Notes under the pieces: generated by a model
Databases searched by the model: none
What the model was told of the DNA's origin: nothing
The model's input: only the letters and a program-made list of their open reading frames with translations
Origin: Candidatus Nanopelagicales bacterium
GTDB taxonomy: Bacteria; Actinomycetota; Actinomycetes; S36-B12; UBA10799
DNA length: 64,000 bases
Assembly: GCA_041393775.1 (NCBI GenBank)
Contig: JAWKJM010000003.1
Location: 187,185 to 251,184, forward strand
Direction: 5' to 3'
In this document: positions 45,133-53,306 of the stretch, in pieces
Position numbering within the stretch: position 1 is the stretch's first letter
Layout of the letters: each line of letters starts with the position of its first letter
Position numbers and translations under genes: made by a program

Positions 45133-45825
45133 TCAGAACAGGTTCTGGACCATCGAGCCGACGATCGGGACCACTGCCAGGAGCACGAATGCGGGCAGGA
45201 AGCACAGGCCCAGCGGCGCGACCGCCTTGACTCCTACGGCCCGCGCACGCCGCTCCAACTCGGCGGCCCGCTCCTGGCGCATCTGGTCGGCACACGACAC
45301 CAACGACCGGGTCAACGCCCCGCCCGAGTCGACCGAGCGGAGCAGCACTCTGCCAACAGGCGCCAAAACCGGATCCCCGATGAGTTCGGCGAAGGTGTCG
45401 CCGTACGTCGAGCCCATCGCCTGGCGTGCGGCGCAACGCCGGAACACCCCTGCGATCGGGTCCCCGAAGGCATCGGCCACGACGGCGATCCCCGACCACA
45501 AGGGTGCGCCGGCGGCAAGACATGATGCCAGGCAGTCCACGGCATCGGGGGCTTGCCGGGCGAGGTCTTCGGCGACTTCGGGATCGACGGTCGACAGCCT
45601 CCGCAGACCGACTCGCGCACCGAGGGCGACCACAACTCCCACGCCGAGCCCCACAAGCCCCCCGATCAGCAAGGCGGCCCCGATGCCGCCCAGCACGGCG
45701 GCCAGGTCGGGGGCCGCCACTGCAGAGCCCCGACCCCTTCTGGCCGATGCCAGCCGCCCGCGCGACCGGCCCGGCACGAGCAGCCAGGCGCCCGCGCACA
45801 CGAGCACCACGGACAATCCGTTCAC
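45133..45825 (-). CDS. Type II secretion system F-domain protein (TadC-like)
   Basis: T2SSF-type C-terminal TM hairpin; GTG 45825 overlaps the upstream TGA. Confidence 0.7.
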   Translation of the reverse strand: MNGLSVVLVCAGAWLLVPGRSRGRLASARRGRGSAVAAPDLAAVLGGIGAALLIGGLVGLGVGVVVALGARVGLRRLSTVDPEVAEDLARQAPDAVDCLASCLAAGAPLWSGIAVVADAFGDPIAGVFRRCAARQAMGSTYGDTFAELIGDPVLAPVGRVLLRSVDSGGALTRSLVSCADQMRQERAAELERRARAVGVKAVAPLGLCFLPAFVLLAVVPIVGSMVQNLF

Positions 45826-46586
45826 AGTCGTGACTCGATGGAACGGACCAAACCGCGCATCCAGAACACGCCCACGCCTTCGAGCAGCAATGCGCCGGCG
45901 AGGCATCCCCACCCCCACGGGGTCGTGATGAGGAATCCGATCGGATCGGCACCCATCAGCAGTCCCATCCCGACTCCGATCAGTGGTAGCAAAGCCAACA
46001 CCCGCACGGTGCTGCGCGGACCGGCCAGTTGGGCCGCCACCTCGCGACGAACCCTCGACGCCTGTTCCGCGCCGGCCACCAGACGATCGAGCGCGGCGGC
46101 CAGCGCCGCACCAGAACCTTCGCTGACCTGCCAGAGTGCAGCCAGTGACAGCAACAGCGGTTGTTCACGTCCGTCCTGCCGTAATGCGACGGTCACGTCC
46201 CCACCCATCCGGCACACTGCCAGGGAGTTCGCGCAGACCGCAGGGTCTGCGGCCGTCTCCACGGCGCGTTCGAATGCAGCCCGCAGCGCGGCGCCTGCCT
46301 CGAGTTCGTCGCGCATCCCGGACAGCACCTCGATCACAGCCCGTGGCCGCGGCCTGCGTCGAAACGACCAGTTCCGCGACGCCCCGAGCGCCGGTATCCG
46401 AAAGGGCATCAACCGCGACCGCGAGTTGGGAGGCGTCAGCAGGACGGCTCCCACGACGACCAGCAGCCAGTCCGTCAAGGTGTCCGTCCACAGGCACGCG
46501 ACGGGTCCCCGGGTCCCGCCCGGATCCCACCGATCGGCTCGTTCATGCTGCCAACTTCCCGCGGGCCGGTCCAGCCACGACTTCAC
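45822..46586 (-). CDS. Type II secretion system F-domain protein (TadB-like)
   Basis: Position and TM pattern; true start uncertain (the ORF start overlaps tadA by 44 nt). Confidence 0.6.
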   Translation of the reverse strand: MKSWLDRPAGSWQHERADRWDPGGTRGPVACLWTDTLTDWLLVVVGAVLLTPPNSRSRLMPFRIPALGASRNWSFRRRPRPRAVIEVLSGMRDELEAGAALRAAFERAVETAADPAVCANSLAVCRMGGDVTVALRQDGREQPLLLSLAALWQVSEGSGAALAAALDRLVAGAEQASRVRREVAAQLAGPRSTVRVLALLPLIGVGMGLLMGADPIGFLITTPWGWGCLAGALLLEGVGVFWMRGLVRSIESRL

Positions 46587-47682
46587 CGTCGCGGAACTCT
46601 ACGGCCGAGACCGTTCGCACAACCGCGTGCGGATCGGGTTCCAGGACCGCGATCCCGGCGATCCGCCGCATGCCGGTCCGATCGCGCGCCACGTGCACCA
46701 CCGCATGCAGACCCGCAGCGACCTGGGCGTGCAGACCCTCCCTGTTCAGTCCGGCGGGCAGTGCCAGGGACTCCAGGCGGGCCGGGACGTCGGCGGCACT
46801 GTTCGCGTGGACCGTGCCACAGCCTCCCTCGTGACCCGTGTTCAGGGCGGCCAGCAGATCCACCACCTCGCCCCCGCGCACTTCTCCGACCACCACCCTG
46901 TCGGGGCGCATTCGCAAAGCCTGCCGGACAAGATCACGCATGCTCACAGCGCCGGACCCCTCGGTGTTCGCCGGGCGCGATTCGAGTCGCACCACATGCG
47001 GGTGCTCGGGTTCCAATTCCGCGGAATCCTCCACGATCACGATGCGCTCACGGGGATCGACAGCCGACAGCAGCGCGTTGAGCAGAGTCGTCTTGCCCGA
47101 TCCGGTCCCACCCGACACCAGGAAGGCCGCCCGCCCGGCGACGAGGTCGGCCAGCATCGCCACACCGGCCTCGGGGACCATGCGGACACCGGCCAGATCG
47201 GCCAGGGTGAACACACGCCGGCGCGGCACCCGCAGCGACAGGCAGGTGCCGTATGGACTGATCGGGGGCAGCACGGCGTGCAGCCGGATCCCGTTGGGTA
47301 GCCGGGCGTCGACGTACGGCGAGCTGTCGTCGAGCCTCCGGCCCGCGCTGCTCGCAAGACGCTGCGCCAACCGCCGCACCGAGGCCTCGTCGGGGAACCG
47401 CACGCTGCTGCGTTTCAGGCCCTCGCCGGCATCGACCCATACCTGTGACGGGCTGTTCACCAGGACGTCGGTGACCGAGGGGAGCCGCACCAGTGCCTCC
47501 AAGGCCCCCAGACCGGCGATCTCGGTGCGCAAGGCTTGCACGACCTCGACGATCGCCGCCTCCGGCAAGACGAGCCCTTCGGCCCGCAAAGCCTCCGTCA
47601 CCCAGACCGGGGTCGCCGACCAGCCCTGCGCGGCCAGCCGCCGCCGGACGCGTTCCACGAGCGCCTCGCTGGGCTGGTTCAC
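46543..47682 (-). CDS. tadA: TadA/CpaF-family secretion ATPase
   Basis: VSGGTGSGKTTLLNALL Walker A, IVIVEDSAEL, GHEGGCGTVHANS. Confidence 0.9.
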   Translation of the reverse strand: MNQPSEALVERVRRRLAAQGWSATPVWVTEALRAEGLVLPEAAIVEVVQALRTEIAGLGALEALVRLPSVTDVLVNSPSQVWVDAGEGLKRSSVRFPDEASVRRLAQRLASSAGRRLDDSSPYVDARLPNGIRLHAVLPPISPYGTCLSLRVPRRRVFTLADLAGVRMVPEAGVAMLADLVAGRAAFLVSGGTGSGKTTLLNALLSAVDPRERIVIVEDSAELEPEHPHVVRLESRPANTEGSGAVSMRDLVRQALRMRPDRVVVGEVRGGEVVDLLAALNTGHEGGCGTVHANSAADVPARLESLALPAGLNREGLHAQVAAGLHAVVHVARDRTGMRRIAGIAVLEPDPHAVVRTVSAVEFRDGEVVAGPARGKLAA

Positions 47683-48812
47683 CCCAGCACCTCGCGCAGG
47701 ATGCCCGCACTGGCCCTTGCCAGCGGGGTCCGTGACCGGTACCCGGGTGGCTCACCGCGCTCCAGCCGCTGATCCAGACCGCGGTCGGCGGCAACCGCGG
47801 CCAGCACCGGCAGGCCCACGGCCTCACCGACATCGGCGCTGGCCAGTCCCCCCGGATTCGGGCCACGCACCACTATCTCGCACATCGACAGTTCGAAGCG
47901 AGTGGACATCCGCCGTGCTGCCCGCACAGAGCGAACGTCGGCCGGCACCACCATCAGAACGCGGTCGCACCTGGCCAGAGCCTCCTGCTGGGAGGCGCCT
48001 GCCCCCCGGCCGAGATCCACAACGGTCAGCGGAACGCACAGGCGCGCGGCGTCGATCACGGCGCTTGCCACCCCGGCTGGCAGGTCCTCGTGGCCGTCAT
48101 CGGACCATCCCAACAACCCGATTCCTTCCACGTGCCCGATCGTGGCCTCCAGGGAGCGGGCCGGAATCCGCCCGAGCCCGGCGCGAACCTGATCCCAGGT
48201 CAGTCCCGAGGCCCGGTCCGCCCCCAGGATCACGGCCAGCCCGCATCCCAACGGGTCGAGATCGAACAGGTAGGGGGTCCGCCGAGCCCGGACCGCTGCC
48301 ATCGCCAGCGACGATGCGAACACCGAGGCACCGGCCCCGCCGCGGCAGCCGAGCACCCCCACGACCGCACCGAGTGCCTCGGACTGGCCTGCGCGGGCGA
48401 CCAGATCGGACAGCCAGCCCTGATCACCGGGCGGGTCCACGACGGCTTCTGCTCCGAGTTCGAACGCCAGACGCCAGTCCTGCGCATCGATGCGGCCGAA
48501 GACCACGACCCCTGGGCGACGCGGCAGTCTGACGCCGACGACGGCGGACAGGAGGTCGGCGCCCACCACGACGACCGCCGCGCGAGACCACAGCAGAGCG
48601 GCACTGGACACCTCCGGCTGGACGTCCACGCCGATCTCCGAGGCCGACGCCACCGCCAGCAGCAGATCGGTGCTGTCCGGGTCGTCGCAGATCAGCAGGA
48701 CGTCGGCGGCGGACCCGCGCTCGCGAGGACGAACCACTGGCTCTGGGGACTGGTCCTGCCCGTCGGCACGGATCGCGCGCAATGCCACACACACATCGTG
48801 GGTGGTCATCAT
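47679..48812 (-). CDS. Ssd/CpaE-like septum-site-determining protein (helicase/secretion neighbourhood)
   Basis: Deviant ParA/MinD-like GCRGGAGASVFASSLA motif; start at ATGATG 48812. Confidence 0.7.
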   Translation of the reverse strand: MMTTHDVCVALRAIRADGQDQSPEPVVRPRERGSAADVLLICDDPDSTDLLLAVASASEIGVDVQPEVSSAALLWSRAAVVVVGADLLSAVVGVRLPRRPGVVVFGRIDAQDWRLAFELGAEAVVDPPGDQGWLSDLVARAGQSEALGAVVGVLGCRGGAGASVFASSLAMAAVRARRTPYLFDLDPLGCGLAVILGADRASGLTWDQVRAGLGRIPARSLEATIGHVEGIGLLGWSDDGHEDLPAGVASAVIDAARLCVPLTVVDLGRGAGASQQEALARCDRVLMVVPADVRSVRAARRMSTRFELSMCEIVVRGPNPGGLASADVGEAVGLPVLAAVAADRGLDQRLERGEPPGYRSRTPLARASAGILREVLG

Positions 48813-49089
48813 CGCTGGTGGCGGCGGCGGACAACATCTGTGGACGAGCGGGCGCGACCGCCGGACACGGAGAAGGCCCCCGCAGGGGGGGATGCGGGGG
48901 CCTTCGGGCCGATGATTGGGGGGAAAGATCGGCCGCTCGCCCGTTTCGGGCATCTCCACTATCTCGCCATCCCAAATCCGGCGCAAGAGTTTAAGGCAAG
49001 GATTGACTAAGTATTGACAAATCATCTGGTTGACCGATGTCCATGCGCCGAAAGATCTAGGGACTCATGGCCTGTGCGACCATGTCAGG

Positions 49090-49875
49090 GTGTCCACTGA
49101 TGCCGCGGCCTTCTTCGATCTGGACAAGACGATCCTGGCCAAATCGAGTTCGCTGGCATTCGCGAAACCGCTCTACGACTCAGGCCTCATCGGCCGGCAG
49201 GACGTCCTCAAGAGCGCCTACGCACAACTGGTCTACCTGACGTCGGGGGCTGATCACGACCAGATGGAGAGAATGCGGGTCTACCTGTCGAAACTCTCGC
49301 AGGGCTGGGACGTCGACCAGGTGAAGGCCATCGTCGCCGAGACCCTCGACGAGATCGTGGATCCGATCGTCTACCACGAAGCGGTGAAACTGATCTCGGA
49401 GCACCAGGCCGCCGGGCGCGACGTCATCATCATCTCCTCGTCCGGCACCGAGATCGTGGAACCCATCGGGGCCAGACTCGGGGTGGACAAGGCAATCGGC
49501 ACCCAGATGGCGATCGAGGACGGCAAGTACACCGGTGAGGTCCTGTTCTACGCATATGGCCCCGGGAAGGCCGACGCGATGCGGGCACTCGCCGAGGAAC
49601 AGGGCTACAACCTCGCCGAGTCCTATGCGTACAGCGATTCCTACACCGACCTGCCCATGCTGGAAGTGGTGGGGAACCCGTACGCGGTCAACCCGGACGA
49701 GCAGTTGCGACGGGTTGCCCGCGAGCGGGTATGGCCGATCCTCGAGTTCGCCAAGCCCGAAGCGATGCAAGGCGCCAGGAGCCGCGAACGCAGGGCCGCT
49801 GCGGCCTCGGCGGCGGGCGCAGGCGCAGTCGCCCTCGGTCTGGCCTGGTACACCCGGTACCGCCGTAGCCGCTGA
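49090..49875 (+). CDS. HAD-IB family hydrolase (SerB-like)
   Basis: FFDLDKTIL motif I; GTG 49090 (alternative TTG 49030). Confidence 0.8.
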   Translation: MSTDAAAFFDLDKTILAKSSSLAFAKPLYDSGLIGRQDVLKSAYAQLVYLTSGADHDQMERMRVYLSKLSQGWDVDQVKAIVAETLDEIVDPIVYHEAVKLISEHQAAGRDVIIISSSGTEIVEPIGARLGVDKAIGTQMAIEDGKYTGEVLFYAYGPGKADAMRALAEEQGYNLAESYAYSDSYTDLPMLEVVGNPYAVNPDEQLRRVARERVWPILEFAKPEAMQGARSRERRAAAASAAGAGAVALGLAWYTRYRRSR

Positions 49876-50054
49876 TCGGGACGTGGGTGGGCACGCGACC
49901 GATTGGCGTCGCCGCCTGCCGTTGTTAGAAGGTGCAGGTCCAGTGGCCGGTTTGTGACGACGGTGCGGGGTCCACCCGGGTCGGCCCGTGCACCTTCGTA
50001 ACAAGCCCGCCCGCATGGCAGCAACTTCGTAACCAGGGTCGCGAGTCGGTGACC

Positions 50055-51302
50055 TCAACCCTGCGGTGACTCGAGCCGCAGCCGCAGCGGCATCCCGCTT
50101 TCGCCGGTGGCAGACGTGCGCGTGGCCAGGACCTGGTGCAACTGGATCTGGTTGCGCGCGAAGCCCCACTTCGACGCGGCGAGGTACAGCCGCCACACCC
50201 GCGCCTTGCGCAAGCCCACTTCCTGCACCGCCTCGTCCCAATGCGCCTGCAGGTTGTCCAGCCAGAAGCCGAGTGTCATCGCGTAATGCACCCGGAGGTT
50301 CTCCTCGTGCTGGACCTCCAGCTGCTGGCGCTCGATCGCGTCGACCAGCGTCCCCACGTGCACCAACTCCCCGTCGGGAAACACATAGCGGTTGATGAAC
50401 CCGTTGCGCGTGTACGTGCGGGCGGTGGGATCCGTGCGGGTGATGCAGTGATTGAGCAGCCGGCCGCCATCCACCAGCCGGGAGCGCAGGAAGTCGAAGT
50501 AACTCGGGTAGTTGGACTTGCCGATGTGCTCGGTCAGTCCGATCGACGCCACACGGTCGAAGCCGGTCTCGGGAACCGCGCGGTAGTCGCTGTGGCGGAT
50601 GTCGACCACGTGTCCCAGCCCGGCCTCCGCCGCGGCTCGCTGGCCCCAGCGCGCCTGCTGTTCGGACAGGGTCACGGCGATCACCTCGACGCCGTAGTTG
50701 CTTGCCGCATGGAGCGCGAAACCACCCCACCCACAGCCGACATCGAGCACGCGCATCCCGGGTTCCAGGCCCAGTTTGCGGCAGACCAGGTCGAACTTCT
50801 CGATCTGCGCCTGCTCCAAGGACGCGTCCGCGCGGGGGAACACCGCACACGTGTACGCCATGGTCGGGCCCAGCACCCACTCGTAGAACCGGTTCGAGAC
50901 GTCGTAGTGGTGGGAGATCACTTGCGCGTCCCGGCGGCGGCTGTGCCGGCTCCCGCCGATGCGCGCCTCCTCGGGCGGGGGCGGCGGCTTCCGGAGGAAG
51001 AAGGGCGCGAAATGCCGCGCCAGGCGCATGCGTTCGGGCCACGAGACCTCGCGCAGTGCCGCGTTGGCCAACCGGTCGAAAGCCGTGTACAGGTCGCCAG
51101 TCACTTCCAGATCGCCGGTGATGTAGGCCCGCGCCAGCCCCAACTGACCAGGGGCGCCGAGCAGCGCGGCGATCGCCCGCGGCGACCGGACCTCGAGCCG
51201 GATGTCCGAGCCCACGTGACCGCCCTTGCTGCCGTCGTAGGCCACGAACTCCACGTCGATGTCGCCACCGGCGAGCTGGTCAAAAGCCTCAGCTATCTTC
51301 AT
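50055..51302 (-). CDS. Cyclopropane-fatty-acyl-phospholipid-synthase-family SAM methyltransferase (BfaB/TmsB-like)
   Basis: VLDVGCGWGGFALHAA SAM motif; ATGA overlap with the upstream FAD gene. Confidence 0.85.
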   Translation of the reverse strand: MKIAEAFDQLAGGDIDVEFVAYDGSKGGHVGSDIRLEVRSPRAIAALLGAPGQLGLARAYITGDLEVTGDLYTAFDRLANAALREVSWPERMRLARHFAPFFLRKPPPPPEEARIGGSRHSRRRDAQVISHHYDVSNRFYEWVLGPTMAYTCAVFPRADASLEQAQIEKFDLVCRKLGLEPGMRVLDVGCGWGGFALHAASNYGVEVIAVTLSEQQARWGQRAAAEAGLGHVVDIRHSDYRAVPETGFDRVASIGLTEHIGKSNYPSYFDFLRSRLVDGGRLLNHCITRTDPTARTYTRNGFINRYVFPDGELVHVGTLVDAIERQQLEVQHEENLRVHYAMTLGFWLDNLQAHWDEAVQEVGLRKARVWRLYLAASKWGFARNQIQLHQVLATRTSATGESGMPLRLRLESPQG

Positions 51303-52681
51303 GTCGCCTCCTGACATGTCTTGTCGTACAACTGCGGGAATCGCCCGGACGGGTCGTACCTCTGTTTCAACTCGGCATACGCAGCACCGCCATAGATCGC
51401 GTAGAACTCGTCCCGGTCGTAGTAGGAGGTCGAGTACAGCGACTTGCGGCCACCAAGATCGGCGACCACTCGCTCGATGCGCCGATTGACCCGGCCGGCG
51501 TCCGGATCGTCACCGCGGCCCAGCGCGACCCGGGACCAGAACCCGACGTTCACGTAGGTGACCTGAGGATCGAACTCGTACAACGTCCACCGCCGGTCCG
51601 GGTCGCGCTGACGCAGTGGGCACAACCAGGCGGGCGCGATTCCCACCTCCCGCTCGAAGAAGTCCAGGAAGTCGGGCAGCGTCTGAACCGGAACCTCCAC
51701 GTCCTGCACGACGATCTCCTTCGGCGCACGCCGCCGAAGTGCGTCGAGGCGCCGCGAGAACTGCCACCGGCGGTCCGCGGCGATGATCTTCCAATACACG
51801 TCACTGCGCTTGTACCGGTCCGGCCACAACCGGCGGACGAACGGCTTCTGCACCCCGAACGCCGACGAGCACCAGAACCAGTCGGTGTCCCAGCGCCACA
51901 AGTAGTCCTCGGTGGTCAGCGCGTCAGTCGTGCGCTCAGGGATCGACTGGTAGTAGATCTTCTGGCCTGTGTAGTCAGAGGGCTGCGCCTGATCCGAGTA
52001 GACCCCGAGCGTCAGGTACATCTCGCGCGGGGAGAACCAGGTCGCATCCATGTAGTCCACCGGGACACCCCGGAACGCACGTCCGGCGGTGACCGTCGCG
52101 AATGCCGCAGCGAGGTCGGTCGAATTGTCGAGGCGGACGTGCCGCAAGCCCACGAAGTCGCGGACCGGTTCCAGTTCGATGTTCAGGCGCAGCGCATAGC
52201 CCAGGCTCCCGTAGGAATTGGGGAAGCCGAAGAACAGGCCCCGGTGCTCCCCGTCGGGGGTGGCCGTGACCACCTCGCCGGTACCGGTGAGCACCTCAAG
52301 GCTCAGCACGGACTCGTGCGGGCACCCATTGCGGAAGCTGGCCGCCTCGATGCCGAGCCCCGTGACCGCGCCGCCCAACGTGATCGTCCGCAGTTGCGGC
52401 ACGCACATCGGGACCAGTCCGTGCGGCAATGTCGCGGCCACAAGATCCTCGTAGGTGGTCAGCCCACCGACCACTGCGGTGCGACCGGCGACGTCGAGAT
52501 CGAGCACACCCGTGAAGTCCGACAGATCGAGTTCGCCCGGTGTCCGGGGCCGCTCCCGGAACAGATTCGATGTCGGCTTGCGCAGACGCACCTGGCCGGG
52601 AGCGTGCAGCAACTGCTCGGCAGCTGCCGCAGCGGCGACGTCGTAGTCCAGATCCGAACTCACACACGCGAATCTAGCCAC
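51299..52681 (-). CDS. FAD-binding (PCMH-type) oxidoreductase (BfaA/TmsA-like)
   Basis: FAD-binding domain motifs (RTITLGGAVTGLGIE); coupled to the Cfa-like gene. Confidence 0.8.
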   Translation of the reverse strand: MARFACVSSDLDYDVAAAAAAEQLLHAPGQVRLRKPTSNLFRERPRTPGELDLSDFTGVLDLDVAGRTAVVGGLTTYEDLVAATLPHGLVPMCVPQLRTITLGGAVTGLGIEAASFRNGCPHESVLSLEVLTGTGEVVTATPDGEHRGLFFGFPNSYGSLGYALRLNIELEPVRDFVGLRHVRLDNSTDLAAAFATVTAGRAFRGVPVDYMDATWFSPREMYLTLGVYSDQAQPSDYTGQKIYYQSIPERTTDALTTEDYLWRWDTDWFWCSSAFGVQKPFVRRLWPDRYKRSDVYWKIIAADRRWQFSRRLDALRRRAPKEIVVQDVEVPVQTLPDFLDFFEREVGIAPAWLCPLRQRDPDRRWTLYEFDPQVTYVNVGFWSRVALGRGDDPDAGRVNRRIERVVADLGGRKSLYSTSYYDRDEFYAIYGGAAYAELKQRYDPSGRFPQLYDKTCQEAT

Positions 52682-52702
52682 GATCGCGGCGAGGTTCCAG
52701 GG

Positions 52703-52807
52703 GCGAAGCCGAAGAAAGCCGGGTCCGAGTGATCAAGCGTGCTCAATGGCCGGTCAAGCCGGCCCATCCCCGACGGGGGTGCAGCGCCGCGTGGGTCCTC
52801 GGACCCG
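52703..52807. repeat. 105-bp direct duplication, left copy (segment X)
   Basis: About 96% identical to 53114..53219; contains a 10-bp closing inverted repeat CGGGTCCGAG...CTCGGACCCG and the hairpin GGCCGG-TCAAG-CCGGCC. Confidence 0.9.
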
Positions 52808-52810
52808 ACA

Positions 52811-52850
52811 GGGGTTGGCCGCGAGGTTAGAGAATGCGCACGTTCTCTAG
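52811..52850 (+). repeat. Mosaic repeat, copy 6a (internally deleted; ends TTCTCTAG)
   Basis: GGTTGGCCGCGAGGTTAGAGAATGCGCACGTTCTCTAG, abutting copy 6b. Confidence 0.75.
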
Positions 52851-53112
52851 TCCGAAAATGGCTCGTGTACTCGGTCGCCGCAGAAGTGGGCCGCGAGGTT
52901 AGAGAATGGTCGCGAGGTTAGAGATTGTGCACCGGGTTAGTGAATGCACACGTGGCTTCTCTAACCTCGTGCACGTTCTCTAACGCGAGCGATCTCCGCC
53001 CGCCGTCTTCTCGCCTGAACGGGCGGCCAGGCCGCGGCCATGGACCACTAACGCGAGCGCTTTCCGCCCGGCCTTTCCCGCCCGAATGGGCGGCCGGACC
53101 ACGGCCGCTGAT
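52849..53112 (+). repeat. Mosaic palindromic repeat, copy 6b, plus two CTAACGCGAGC...CCGCCC...GGGCGG modules
   Basis: Arms at 52917-52944 and 52957-52984; modules at about 52981-53047 and 53048-53112. Confidence 0.9.
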
Positions 53113-53113
53113 G

Positions 53114-53219
53114 GCCAAGCCGAAGAAAACCGGGTCCGAGTGATCAAGCGTGCTCAATGGCCGGTCAAGCCGGCCCATCCCCGACGTGGGGTGCAGCGCC
53201 GCGTGGGTACTCGGACCCG
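53114..53219. repeat. 105-bp direct duplication, right copy (segment X)
   Basis: Aligned by eye to 52703..52807: three substitutions and one indel. Confidence 0.9.
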
Positions 53220-53306
53220 GTTGCCGATGACCGTGGGGCCATCTGTCTCATTTCTATCCCAGACTTCGCCGTCGTGGGGCCGTTTCTTGAGAACACGCCG
53301 CTGGTC

